Assembly (NCBI GenBank): GCA_044892505.1
Contig: CM097882.1
Coordinates: forward strand, 405,480,001-405,544,000
Reading direction: 5' to 3'
From: Schmidtea nova
Taxonomy: Eukaryota
DNA: 64,000 bases
Part shown: piece by piece, positions 27,764-40,898 of the stretch
Layout of the letters: the number at the start of each line of letters is the position of its first letter
Position numbering within the stretch: the first letter of the stretch is position 1
Position numbers and translations under genes: made by a program
Notes under the pieces: model-generated
Seen by the model: only the letters and a program-made list of their open reading frames with translations
Databases searched by the model: none
What the model was told of the DNA's origin: nothing

Positions 27764-30368
27764 CCCATTAAAGACCGTTATAAGTTAGGGTTTTATTTTG
27801 TTGTATGTCTCGATGTCTTTTAATTAGGTTTGTCATCGACTATGGAAAACCAAAAGTTCATGGAATTCTATTCACCCTATGTGGGTCAAACTTGCTGATC
27901 TTAAATGAGATCAGTGGTCCTTTATATGCAGGAAATGGGTAGAAAGTGAAAAATATATGTTTCACTCAATAAACATGATAAGTTTCAAAACAAGTTTGAC
28001 ACAAAGTTACATTGCATTTTTTACAGTCTACTGCTGCAGTTCTCGCCTTGACATCGTCTTTGCTCTTCTATTCTGGCCATGAAGTGACCGTTGCCATCAT
28101 ATCTAAAATAACAAATGTCATTCACATACAACATGGCAATATTGTAATGCATAAAGAAATTTCTCACCTCACTGTATTAAAATTGCTTCATAACTGTGCC
28201 CCTCTCTTCACTGATTGATGCTGACATTGTTTCATGTATGTCATGGCTTTAGCTCTTTTAAAATACAGAAGTGGAGTCTTATTACCATGTACCATGTTGC
28301 GTAAATGCCAAGCATTTGTGACACACATTTGTTACAAGTGGCCAATACCATTTTTTAGAAGTGATAGATATTTTGTAACAGTTCACTGCTTTGTCTGTCA
28401 AATCCACACCACCCATTCCTTGATTGTAGTGTCGAATCAACGATGGTATGGGGACATCAACAGAGCCTTCTCGTATTTTCCATCGTACAACTGTTCGGTA
28501 TATATCTGCAGAACAAAAATTTGTAGAAATAACAACAGCTTTATTGTCCATTCATTTAACAACCTGGATTTGATTTCTTTCATCAAACTGAAAGTCGACA
28601 CTGCCACGTTCGGCTTTGTTTAACTCCTCCGTTTTCAGTGGACACTTCATTAGTCTGTTTTCTCTACATTTCCCAATAGCTGGCGTATTCTTTTCTTTTA
28701 ATTGGATAAATAATGGATAAGATGAAAAGAAATTATCAAAGAACAGAATATGTTGTGCAGGTTCGGTAAGCAGCTTTGCAAAATGTAGCATTACTTTCAG
28801 ACCAAGAGAGACGTTAGACTTTTTCCTACCATCTTTCCCACAATAAAGATTGAATTGATAGCAATATCCTGATGAGCTCAACAAAAGCCAATTTTTCAGG
28901 CCAAATCGAATTGGTTTGTTGGCAATAAATTGCTTCAGGGGATGTCTTCTGTAGAATTTCACAATTTGCTCATCCACAGACAACATTTTGTGGATAAATT
29001 GAAGCTGTAGAAAGCTTTTATTCAAAATATCGTACAAAGGTTTAACTTTGAAATTTCGTTTCAACGATCGTGAGAGCTTTGCGTTATTATTGAAGTAGAG
29101 ATACTTCTTTATTTGCATGAACTGTGCTCGGGGCATAGTATTTGCCACCAAAGGAACACGTAAATCCTCAGCATCAGACCAATATAATTTTTGCTGTGGT
29201 CTTTTGTTGTATCCAGTTAATAATAAAATTCCAATAAATCCTTTTAATTGTTCATCAGTCATTGAAAAAGCGTGATCATTCTGTTGTCTAGCATAAATTC
29301 GAGTTTCTCGGAGGATATGATCTCGGAGAAATTTTGAAAAGAAGAGTTCAAACAAACCAACTTCATCCAAATGAAGACAGGTTTAAATCATCCATTCTGC
29401 TCTTGTTGAATTAAAGTCTTCCTTTATAGAATTGGCGAAATCATGACAAATTGGCTTCCATTTTGGTTTTAAAACAGATTCAGATATTTCTTCTTCATTG
29501 TTTGATTCCATATTAATAACTTCATTAGTTTCAAATGTACCTGCTACATCACCAACAATGCCTTCATCATCCATCTCATCCTCATCAGTATTTTCATCTA
29601 CATTTTCTGGTGGAATAACCACAACATTACAAATATTAGCACTATTTCCGCTGAGAATGTGATTAGCCACGTCTTTGGCAGTTCTTTTCGATAAAGTTCT
29701 CAACATCTAAAACCAAAGTAAGAAATGAATGAGGTAATTTTTTAGGAGATACTTCTTGTATGCAAATAATTCAGCGCTAAGCAGTACAAAAGTATTCGCT
29801 AAGAGATATTTTAATCATTCCCAATTTGAGCCCTATTCAGAATTAAATCTCTTTACCTTAGTGACAAGGTTATAAAGCTAAAAATATTGTTCATTAATAA
29901 GTAGAAGCTGTTTCTAGTTAAAAATATTTATTATTTCATAGAACACTCAAATGGTTTTAAAGTGATCTCAAAATATGCCACTAGGTTAAAATTATTCATG
30001 CAGAGATCACACAGCTTTGGCGATATGAAAATACCATTTAACAAAACTACTCATGTTTCATATGTGTATTACACTGATAATATTCTATGGTCGTAAATGT
30101 TTTCGGGTTTTTATTATTTTAAATAATTTCTGACAGATGAAAAACTTACTTGCAAAGAACAAAACAGTTTTTTTTCAAAAAATGGCCAACTTTAACATTG
30201 TAAAACAAAGTCAAATCATGAAATAAAAATTTACTTTCAAGGTTAAAAAGTAAAAACTATTGTTAATCAATAAATAAAAGCTGATTAAAGTAAAAATTAT
30301 TCATTATTTCATAGAACACTCATAGAGTTTTAAAGTGATCTCAAAATATGCCAGTGGTCCTTAATGGG
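27764..30368 (-). mobile_element. piggyBac element with a frameshifted full-length transposase
   Basis: TTAA at 27760-27763 and 30369-30372; TIRs CCCATTAAAGACC / GGTCCTTAATGGG. ORFs 29383-29706, 28552-29370 (LSVDEQ, KPIRFGLK, FFDNFFS) and 28282-28551 (YNQGMGGVD). Internal direct repeat at ~29930 and ~30304. Confidence 0.93.
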
Positions 30369-31037
30369 TTAAAATCTTTTATCTCATCTTTTGATCTTTT
30401 TAGGATTTTGTTTATTTTCACGTTGACAACTTTTCAAACCAAATTTTCATGACTGCTTTAATTCTTATTTTTTGCTGGGCTTTGTCTGAACAGGCACAAA
30501 GGAAATTACAAAACACAAAAACTTTTTGATTAATTTTCAATAAGAGCGTGAGTCAGAAAACAATACTGACTAAATTAAATAAACCCATCATTTTTAAAAA
30601 TAAGTTCAAAAAATGTCTGTTAAATGACTCGAAAATTAACCTATTTCCTGTAGGAAAAATAAAATTAAAAAATATAATCTGCAGAAGCTAGGAAATAGCT
30701 ACATTTTTATGATTATACATCGTTATAGCTAGTTATCAAATATTCATTTGAAATTTGCTTTACATTATATTATTAACAATTTCTTAGAAATTTAAATTTA
30801 ATGGAATACACAATTTAAAGTATTTTATAACATATTAGTAAATTAGTTGTTTGTTTTTTATGTTTACAAAATTTTCATTGTTTGATTAAATCATTTAAAT
30901 GATTTAGTAAAGTAATTAATTTCAAATAAATTATAGATTTATAAAATTTAATTGAAAATTGTCAACTTTTGGCATTAAATTGCAAATAAATTCAAATACA
31001 ATTATTTATCAATTTATTTTAATGCAAATTTTATGAA

Positions 31038-31578
31038 ATGGAGTAAGATTTTCAATGAAATATATAATGCACATTTTAACTTTAAGAATTAATTATTTTT
31101 AATTTAAAGAGAACCGATTATTTATACGAATTTATCAATATTCAAATATTGCAAATTGAATTATCAATGGAAAGAATTGGGATCTGTGAATGGACAATGT
31201 TCATTAACCTTATACAAATCACCTACTAATGTTTATCGATTTGTTGCTTATAAAATCATTAATAAAGAAGTATTTCAAGTGAAAAAAACAAATTAAGTTT
31301 TTATTATTAGTTTAGCTTGTTCTCAATACATTTCTATTTCACTCGATGCACTACAACGAGACATCTCCTACATTCCATCAATGGATTGATAATTCTTTGT
31401 CAGTTTATGGACTGCGTTTTACAAATTCAAGGGAGGCAAAAATATTCAGTTCGATTGTTTACTTTGTCCTTCAATCATTGAATGAAATTTATTCTCTGCA
31501 ACCGGTGAGATACTTTTAAATTAAGGTTTTTGTAAACAATTGTTGAAGTGCTCTAAAATTATGGGGAAAAAATCATAG
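31038..31578 (+). CDS. Spliced host gene encoding an Ena/VASP-type EVH1 (WH1) domain
   Basis: join(31038-31042, 31110-31269, 31316-31504, 31549-31578), all introns GT-AG. Protein MEEPIIYTNLSIFKYCKLNYQWKELG...VYRFVAYKIINKE|LVLNTFLFHSMHYNETSPTFHQWIDNSLSVYGLRFTNSREAKIFS matches the Ena/VASP motif YNxATPTFHQWRD.RQVYGLNF. The 3' exon structure is uncertain. Confidence 0.8.
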
Positions 31579-32195
31579 AAAATTAATGATAATGGAATTG
31601 AGTTCAATGAGTTATGTAACAGAATTATGGAGAAAAATCATATTCAAATGGTAAAGCACGAAATTGTTAATTTTAAGAAAATCAATAAATTATTAGTTTT
31701 TCGATTTTGAATCTAGAAAATGTGTTAGAGATCGATTTGTTAACAAGAAACAGTATGAACAGACTGGAATTGTGAGAAACTTTCAGAATTGTTCGTAAAA
31801 CAAACAAATGTTCAAAAACAGTAAAAAAATTTTATATAATTAATTAAACAATTAATTAAACAATTACCAGGAGTATTGAAAAGAGACTGAAACTTCATAA
31901 TTTTCGAATTTTGTATAAAATAGGTAAAAAGAAAATTAAAATAATTTATAGGAAAATAATATTTGAAATAAGACAAAATAACAATAGAAAATAATTAAAT
32001 TCCAATTTAAATTCCAATGTAGTTGTTGTCTGGAAACTGATGATCTGTTATTTTGCTTCGTAAATTGATGATTCATTATTTTGCTTTTGAAATTGATGAT
32101 TCTTCGTTTTTGAAATAGAGGGAAAAATGTCTGCTGATTGATATATGGGTGAAAAAGAATGGAATCAAGGGTCGGAGTGGAAATCGAGATTATAG

Positions 32196-32271
<76 letters not shown>

Positions 32272-32460
32272 GATATAATATTTAATTAAATTTCTATATA
32301 TAAAAATATTGTACTAATATATAAATAACGGAGGCACTACAATTGAATTTATTCGAAACGAATTAGTGAGAAAGGTAAAAGACAAGAGAAAGGATCATAT
32401 TAGTTCAAGAGGAAATTGGAATATCTAAAAGGTTATTATTGTTGTAAACAGCACAGAGTC

Positions 32461-33287
32461 CAGGGCCGCCCTAATCACAAGGCTAAATAGCCCAGAGCGC
32501 AAGGTTTTTGGACGGCAATTTTTATTTACGATGTATGTTTTTTGTTATTATTAGTTATTAGTCATTTATTATTCATTTTCATTTTATTAGTTTTCATGTA
32601 TTTTTAAATTAAAACAATTTCTTAAATTATTTAATTGATTTTTATATTCAAATGTGCTGGAATGACAAACGATTTTATAATAATTTTACAATAACTTTAT
32701 TGAAGAATACCTAGATTTTCAATATGTGATTTTATTGGAAAATACAGAAAATATATCGAATGCAGAACTAAGTTTAAAGAAGATAATCGAGTCGAAAATT
32801 GAATCTACATTTCAAACGTGGTCACAGCACTGCGCATTTTTTTAATTATCACCACTATAACTTGCAGTGGCAAAAGATCATTTTCAGCAATTAAAAGAAA
32901 AAAATTTATTTACGATCTTCTTTGGGACAGAGCAGATTCAATGATTTAATTATTTTGTCAATTAAGAGAGATTTATTTGATAATTTAAATATGAGGGATA
33001 TTATTGATCAATTCCAAAGTTAAAGCAAGGAAAATAAATATATAAGTTACTTTTGTTTCTTGTTTGTATTAAGGTTTGTTTTTGTTATTAACGGTTTTTT
33101 AATTTATTTTAATTCAATTTTGTGTTTTTGTTTTGTATATAGGTAATAAATTGATTTTTTTAGTTCTGATACTTTTGTATAATTTTGCCGGACACCCCAA
33201 TCCCGATTTTTATTCTGTGAATTTTCTTACGAAGAAGGCAAAATATTTTTAGTAGCCCACCGGCGCAAATTTCTTAAGACGGCCCTG
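32461..33287 (+). mobile_element. Non-autonomous hAT (Tip100/ZMYM1-like) element
   Basis: TIRs CAGGGCCGCCCTAA / TTAAGACGGCCCTG; 8-bp TSD ACAGAGTC/GCAGAGTC; remnant of the hAT dimerisation domain NVVTALRIFL..TCSGKRSFS..LRSSLGQSRFNDL. Confidence 0.85.
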
Positions 33288-34026
33288 GCAGAGTCCCGAT
33301 ATTTCATAGCGGAGCACGTCAAACAAATCAAAGCGTTTATTTTGGCTGTGAGAAGTGATATGTACGTTCTGCTCAGTTTGTAATAATAATTGAATATCGA
33401 TATACGTTAGGGTGTTTTATTAATTAAATTTAAAGAATACAAGGAGTCAGCAGTTAACCGTCTATCATTTGTAACTAAATAAAAACCAAATAATATGGAA
33501 ATATTTTCTTATCTTAAAAATTTGTTTCAATTTTGCATTGATTTATTTTTTCGTTCAATCAATATTGGATATTTCTATAAATAATTCAAGTAAATCAATA
33601 AAAATTGACAACAATTAAATAAAAGATTTTGTTTAGCACTTTCAATGAGGATAAGTGGCACGCATTGGTCTAAAGCAATCAATCATCAAGTCACCTTTTT
33701 TAATAGGAATGCAAAACCCACCCTACGGAAAACCCTGGGAGAAATGAACAAGTCCCAAATTATATATATTAATTTTCACTTTCTTTTAAAAGAAGATTTC
33801 AAAATTTAAACTCACTAGTATAATGAAGATCTTACTAATGATTAACATCAAGAGTTCTCAAGGTGCAGTCACCAAGAACATATTTTTCATGCATACACAC
33901 ACACATTTTTTTCTAATATATTATTTTTATATTTATGAAGTCAAAATATAAACAAATTATGAGAGTTATCAGAAACATCTCATTTTCTGTTGAGTTTAAT
34001 ATTATAAATCTAATGACATTCGCATA

Positions 34027-34244
34027 CCGTAGATACTCCAGAAACCGCGAGGTTTTTGTGACACAAAATTAGATAAAAACTTGTGGATCGCGTTATATTC
34101 GCGTTATTTTGTGAATGAATGTAACCTCAACTCTTAAACGTTTTTACAGTTTTATTTCTACAGTGTCTCGAATATAACGCGATCCACGAGTTTTTATTTA
34201 ATTTTGTGTCACATAAACCTCGCGGTATACTCGAGTATCTACGG
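34027..34244. mobile_element. pogo/Tigger-like MITE
   Basis: TA flanks; ~75-bp TIRs CCGTAGATACTC...GGATCGCGTTATATTCG and their inverse. Confidence 0.85.
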
Positions 34245-34859
34245 TAATAGTAAAAATTAAATTAACGATTTTGTCGAATATAATAATAAATTAAAAGTAA
34301 TAAGTCTGTTTCCACAATGTTTATTTTGATCTTAAAAAGATTCTGTCCACATTTTTACCTTATTATTATATTTTAATAAACTCTACTTATGAGAAAACTA
34401 TATATTTTATAATTGCCATTTGAACCAGATTTTGTCTAAGTCACAAGTTCAATATACTTATTTTTAACCACTGAATTACATAACATAACCTCGTAGATAA
34501 ATGATGTTACGCAGTTAGGGTAAGGGATCAGCCATTTGTGCAGATGTGTGACAATGGGGAGGGGGTTTGAGAAGTAGGTATACGTAATTGAAAAGTAATA
34601 GTTTTAACAATTTAACCACAAAATAAACTGAATCTAATTAAGCTCTCAATTTTAAAGTTATATGTTCGCCATTAAATTTTATTAACTCTTAGAATAAGAA
34701 TTTCATATTTTAAAAGTTGAGAGTTTTTTAGTGCGTTCATGTTATTTATTAAAGTTTAGTTGCGTGTTGAGCCGGTATGGATGTTGTTTCACAACTTATT
34801 ATTATCGCTTATTATAAATACAACCAATAGCCCATCATAAATATTAAACTATCACACTC

Positions 34860-34921
34860 GTGTACCCATAGTTATTCTCTAATTAATTATGTTGGTACTG
34901 TACGCGGTGGCGAGAATCTAG
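34860..34921 (+). mobile_element. Possible degenerate Helitron 3' end
   Basis: Weak hairpin TACTGTACGCGGTGG shortly before CTAG|T. Confidence 0.3.
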
Positions 34922-35417
34922 TGAGCATAGTAGGTGAATAGTAGAATGTGTCCCCGTCAGATACAGTACCCACCGACGGTTACATAATAATTGACATTTG
35001 ACCCCTAAGATATGTAATAATTATCCCCTGCTAAGTAACATTTTGCCCCAATTACGCCCTATTTGACCACGATTACATCATGGTTGATCTTTATCACGCC
35101 ATACTGTCCTTTAATCCATGTTACATCATACTTGACCTTTGCCCGCTGTTGCATCATTTGTGACCTTTGACCCTAGTTGAACTATACACCTTGACCTTTA
35201 GTTGTTATGCGGTTACACACGTACTCACTTATGAATACGCTTACTTGCTTACGTACACATGGTAACTCATTTACATATTCACGATATGCTTACAACCCAT
35301 TATCACTCACACTTCCACTGAACCACTGAACCACTAAAACACTGTACCGCTGCGCTCAACTGCACACAACTACTCACAACTTTGCAGATAATCAATTAAG
35401 TGATTATAAATTAAAAG

Positions 35418-35820
35418 TCCAACTTGGGAGTTGAACCTGAGCTCTCGCAAACTGCATCACACTCCATCGACCACTGAGCTATGTAGGACACTTTTCATAA
35501 TAAAAAATTCAATTTATATCAAATTCGATATGCTGAATCTGATTCCGTAATGAATTTTTTTTCATTACACGAAAATAAAAAAAATTATTCCAACTGGGGA
35601 ATTGAACCTGAGACTCACATATAAAATTTTTAAAATATTTTTCTTGACTAATAATTGTTAGATTTCAATACAAATTTCAATTTATATAAATTTTCATATG
35701 CTGAATCCGATTCAGTATTAAAATTTTCATAAAAATGGAAAAAATATTCCAACTTGGAAGTTGAACCCAGGCTTTCACAATTAGCAAACTAGACCATCGA
35801 CCACTGTACGATATCCGAGA
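35418..35820 (-). ncRNA. Three tandem tRNA-like Pol III units (~160-170-bp period)
   Basis: Unit 35418-35488 has A box TAGCTCAGTGG and B box GGTTCAACTCC. Further copies at 35589-35619 (3' half) and 35748-35818. Each is followed by a T-run on the minus strand. Confidence 0.55.
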
Positions 35821-36597
35821 CTTCAAATAAAATTTTTCAATTTATATTAAATTTAATATGCCGAATCCGATTTCGAATTATTAAATTTGAAAGATATATT
35901 TTAGAAAACGTTTAGTGTAAAATCATTTTGGTAAAGGTAAATTTATAAAGTCTATAGATACATAACATTAAACATGCACAATTATATATGGAAAAAAAGC
36001 TTTTTTAAGCATAATGTATTACTTGTATGCTATTTTCATCACTTTTTTTCAGTTTTTCTCTTCATCTTACTTTTCAACAAAAGCTTTCGAAAATATAATA
36101 ATTTATTTCCCAATAATAGTTATAATAAAATAGCAGAAAATACAAATATAACAAAAGTCGCTTACGTATTTTGGTACAAATATTTTTCGTTGTAAAGAAT
36201 TCCTATTCTGAATTGTCAGAAGATATATGATAAACATAAATAAATTTGTAACACACATTAATAAATATAAAAATTTAACATACATTTTTACAAGCCCAAC
36301 AAATACACCAAAGCGCATAAATTAAGGGCCAGGCAGGCAAAATTTAAAGTATCTATAATAACAAATTATTTTATATATAGAAAAAATATACATACCTACT
36401 GCAGATTAGGACAAAGAAAAAAAGCACGGTCATAAATTACGGGCCTATATTATAGAAAATAAGAAAAATAAATTAGGTCAAAAAAACATACTTACACAAC
36501 ACACAAAAAATCTATAATGAAAAATACAAACACATGGACATAATTTAAGTGACAGTCTTTAATTAAGGGATTTTAAAATTTTAAAAAATCATGATTT

Positions 36598-37160
36598 ATG
36601 AAGATATTTCAGAAACTTATTTGGAATCAACTGTATAATTTATTGGAGAGGATCAAGAAGAAATGTAAACTTACAATTATATTAAAAAATTTTTAAAAAA
36701 TATTTTTAGAAATGCAGAAAATGAAGCTATAATGCCTCAAATTGCCGAAACTGTAGAAAGAAAACATCGAAAAACGTACAACAAATTTGAATGTTTAATT
36801 TTTAACTTAAAATTTTATAGATAATCTGAACATGACAAAAAATTACTAAAGGAAGTAATGAAACGGCGTGAAAATTATGAAAAATTCGGCAGGCAAATGG
36901 GTTTTGAATCTAAAATTATTAAAGACATAGTGTTGAGGTAGAAAAAACTGGCATTCTTACAGCAGGGAAAAGAGGCAGATAGAATGTTAGGCTAATAATT
37001 GAAGAAAATGGAATACAATGAATTGATTGTGTGGACCAAAATTATTGGATTACTTTGGAATAAATGAAAAACTTCTTAGATACAATTAGCTGCAATGTAT
37101 ACACAAAAGCAATATCCAAATGCTTAAAAGATAAGCTGATAAAATTATAAAGACTTACTT
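36598..37160 (+). pseudogene. Spliced death-domain-like gene with in-frame stops
   Basis: ATG at 36598 and two 45-nt GT-AG introns (36665-36709, 36776-36820) that keep frame. Exon 3 reads LLKEVMKRRENYEKFGRQMGFESKIIKDI...EADRML...VWTKII, resembling death-domain helices. Several stops. Confidence 0.5.
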
Positions 37161-37919
37161 TTTTCTGTAATTCATAAATATCTAAAAAATATCTAAATAA
37201 AATAAATTGGTATTTAACTTAAAATATTAAATAAATTTAAAATATGCTAAAATAGCTTAAATACATAGTTAAAAAATTAAATTAAAAAAAAAGTAAATAA
37301 TAAGTAATAATAAATACCAAATGCCTGTATTAAGTGTCTTTATGGCCCTTAATTACAGACTGTTGGTATATATATATATATATATGTGTTTGTGTGTGTG
37401 TGTGTATGTATATATATAATAGACATTAACATAAAAAAATCAGTTACACTACATTAAAACCATTTTTAAAAGTGGCGTTGTTTTATCTAGTTTTATTATA
37501 TAAATTGAATTCCAACAAAAATATGATTTTCAGTTTGTTTCATTCCAAAACCTTCAGGTTTATATACTTTTAAAATTGGTAACATTTTTCAATATTTTGA
37601 GAGTATTTTGACTTTTTTAAAAAATTTCCACGTGTATTATGTTGATGAGTTTCCTTAATATATATTTATTAGCAATACTTATTTACTCATTTGAAATTAT
37701 TAATTAAATTATGTATTTATCTTGGTCTGCATGATGAATTATATATAAATAAATTTATTTGTTTTAACTACAAATGTCAAATAATATTTTATTTTTAGAC
37801 TCAGATTAACTATTTAAGGACCAAAAGTTTACCAACAGAAAAGTAATACTACTTTTATTTTTTATTTTAGATCACATTTTCTGTTTTAATATTAATTTTA
37901 AAATAATGAAACTATGAAC

Positions 37920-38187
37920 CAGAACTGGCCAATACAAGGCCCGCGTGCATAATACATGATAATTTTTGTTTTTTAATCATCAAGTGTTTTTAATGTATTT
38001 TAAATTACATTAAAGTAACAGAAAGAAATAAAGTCCCTGTAATTACATGGAGAACATGGAATGCACAGATTCTGCTTGTTATTGCAAATTATTATTGAAA
38101 ACAAAATTATCCTTTATAGGTGTGACCCTTGGAAAGTTTTGGTTCGTCAATGTGGCCCGTGAGGTAATCTTGGTTGGGACACGCATG
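37920..38187. mobile_element. Degenerate hAT (Charlie-like) MITE
   Basis: Decayed termini CAGAACTGGCCAA..GGCCCGCG and TGTGGCCC..GTTGGGACACGCATG; poor TSD. Confidence 0.4.
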
Positions 38188-39288
38188 TTTTAAACCCTTG
38201 CATTACATTACTTTACAAATACTTTACATCGCAATAATTATATTTATTCCAAAAGTTTGAAAACCTTTTTACGATATCAATGGTAAATTTTTCAGGCAAT
38301 TGATCAAAATTTTATTTTTTCCCATTCAACAGAAAGTTTTAACAATGCCTTCTTCAAGTGTATATATTAAAAATTTTAAAGATCTAAAAATTAGTTTTGA
38401 GTTTGAATAAAAGCATCTAGGTTCTTTTAAAGGGTAATCTGATGGGTAGAGCTTCGTCTTTAAAAACACATTATTTTGTCTTAAATGTTAATCCGTCGAA
38501 GAGAGGTCTGGAATATATGGTGATTGGTAATAAATCGCATATCTTAATTCATTAGTTGTCCTTCTCTTCCTTTATTTCAGACTACTATATTGCAATTATT
38601 TCACTTTTAAAATTTTAACCAAATTTTTAACAGATTTTCTTTCAAATATTTCGCCGAAAATTTATATTAAATATTAAAAATGCTCATCTATAATCTGAAA
38701 AGAAATGAAGATATTGAAAATTGAATTTAAAAATAGATTGATCGTGAAAACAATTAAAGATTTTATTTGTCTAAAACTCACTTTTGAAAAATTTAATTTG
38801 ACGTTGCACTTATAAAAAGTTGGCAGTAGATAATTCATAAAAATGGTGGTTTTCATGCATTTTTTCTGTTACAATTTGAAGAAAGAAATATCTTTTTTTC
38901 ATTGGTAAAGAAATAAAGATTTAATATTTTATTTAAAAAGAATTGCGGTTTAACATTAAGCTTTCTCTAAAACATTGATCATATTGAAGAAAAACAACAT
39001 GTTAAAATCCCATTATTTACATCAAATATTAAATTGTCTTGAATCCAGTTTTTTTTTATAAGAATCACTTTAATTGTTTCAGCTAGTTACAAACTATATT
39101 AATTTAAAATGTTTTCCATTCAAAAATGTTTACAGAATCTATTAATTATTATTTTGTTATTTCCCACTTGAAAAAGGCAGTGCTGAAATTTTGTGTTAGT
39201 TGAAAAAAATTTAATCTATATTGTGAAAGAATGAAAATAAACTCCATCTTAATTAGTAAATCTTAGTTGAAGAAATTTAGTAATTTTA

Positions 39289-40576
39289 CATGGTGCGCCC
39301 AATAAGTACTATCACTCAGAAATAAAAATGACATGTAAATTAAAATTTTACGCCATATACTTGAGTTTATATAAGTATAGAAATATTAGTTTGTTTGATT
39401 ATATTCCTGTTTTTGTTTGTTTTCAGTGCACTAATTCAAAAATGTCTCTCGAAGCAGTTCAATATCGCAGTGTCATCCTCTTTCTCGCTTTGAAGGGAAT
39501 GAATCGTGAAGGAGTTATTTCTCAATTACGCTTGTTTACCAAGCGTACAATTGTTAACCGAGAAGAATGTCCATCAAAACACACAATATATCGTTGGTAC
39601 AGTGAATTTTAGAATGACAGAACGTCAGTTGTGGATGAAGAGAAGTGTGGAAGACCGTCGGAAATTCATGGAGAAATAACGGAAAAGCTGGTGAAAATCG
39701 TGCAGTCAGAGCGGAGAATTACCATCAGAGAGTTGACATTTAGCCTAAATGTTAGTAAAGGTACTGTTTCTTCTCTCCTTGCCTCTTGCGGGATTTGCAA
39801 ATTATGTTCCCGGTTTGTGCCAAGGTTTTTAATGGTTGAAATGTAGCTTAATCGTTTCGAAAGTTGTGAAGAGAACTTGAAAATTCTTGGCAGTGTTGGT
39901 GAGCGCTTTATAGAAATTATCATAACTCAGGACGAAATACCACTGTCTTTATACATCCCAGAGTCCAAGAGAGAGTCTCTCGAGTGGAAATTACCTATCG
40001 AGTCCAGTACAAAAAAATGAGGCCATCAGCAACTCAACGAACGTGTTTGATGCTGTTTATTTTTTGAGACGCCAAAGGCATTATTTTGACAGATTTCGCT
40101 GAAAACGGTGTGAAAATAGATAGTGTCTATTACTCAAATCTGGTGAAAAGGACAAGAAAGCTGAAACGGAAGAGCAGAGTATGCAAGCTCTATTATTTGC
40201 ATGACAATGCCCTGGTTCACACAAGTACTGCTTCCAGATCAAAAATCGAGGACTGTGGACTGGAATTGTTAAAGCACCTTCCATACAGTCCAGATCTTGC
40301 TCCTTCGGATTTTTATTTGTTCAACCACTTGAAAAGAAGCTTGAGAGGCAAGTACTTCACTGTAGTACTTCATTTCGTGCAGTGGAGGAATTTTTCAAGA
40401 ATAAGTCTCAAGAACTCTTAAGAAAAGCCTTACTGGAACTTGCATCTTTGCTAGAAAAAGTGTATGGACCTGCATGGGTATTATTTTGAGAAATAGACTC
40501 TACGTTGGGTGCTGTTGAATCCTCAAAATATCATGAGTTTTGCTAATGCCTTTCTTTGTGAATGACAGTACTTATT
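39289..40576 (+). mobile_element. mariner (DD34D) element, pseudogenised, right TIR truncated
   Basis: TA|CATGGTGCGCCCAATAAGTACT left TIR; partial inverse ...GACAGTACTTATT. Motifs FVPR, TQDE, LHDNA and PYSPDLAPSDF, with stops. Confidence 0.9.
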
Positions 40577-40898
40577 ACGTGCTTATTATGACACTTCATG
40601 AAGAATAGCACTTCCTAAAATTTAACGATCACTCATTGCTGACTTGCATTCAACAATTGGCAAATTTATCTGATTGTTATCTTGCTTTGAGTTGGTAATT
40701 TACTCGATAGACTTCGACTCTTTTCTTATTCAATTAACTTTTGTTTTCCTACGTTTAATTTATTTTTCTCAAATTTTCCTTTGATTCCACGTTTTCCCAA
40801 TAATATAAATCTATTTTGACTCAAAAAAATTTTTATTAATTTTCTTTAGAACAATTATATTTCTCAAATCTCTGTAATTTTTCAATTTCTCTAATCTA

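Larger units (their letters stand above)
34940..37350 (+). mobile_element. Putative Polinton/Maverick terminus (family A) plus adjacent internal sequence
   Basis: AGTAG..TGTCCCCGTCAGATACA start, homologous over ~300 bp to 47592-47944 (TGACCTTTGACC repeats). Followed by the tRNA-like array and the death-domain-like pseudogene. Right boundary uncertain. Confidence 0.5.

Noticed and set aside
35418-35488. Functional tRNA gene
   Set aside because: Acceptor, anticodon and T stems are mismatched; kept only as tRNA-like.
40570-40610. Hammerhead ribozyme in the Penelope-like remnants (also 8425-8465 and 26120-26170)
   Set aside because: The cores read CATGA/CAAGA/TTGATGA and GTAA rather than CTGANGA and GAAA.
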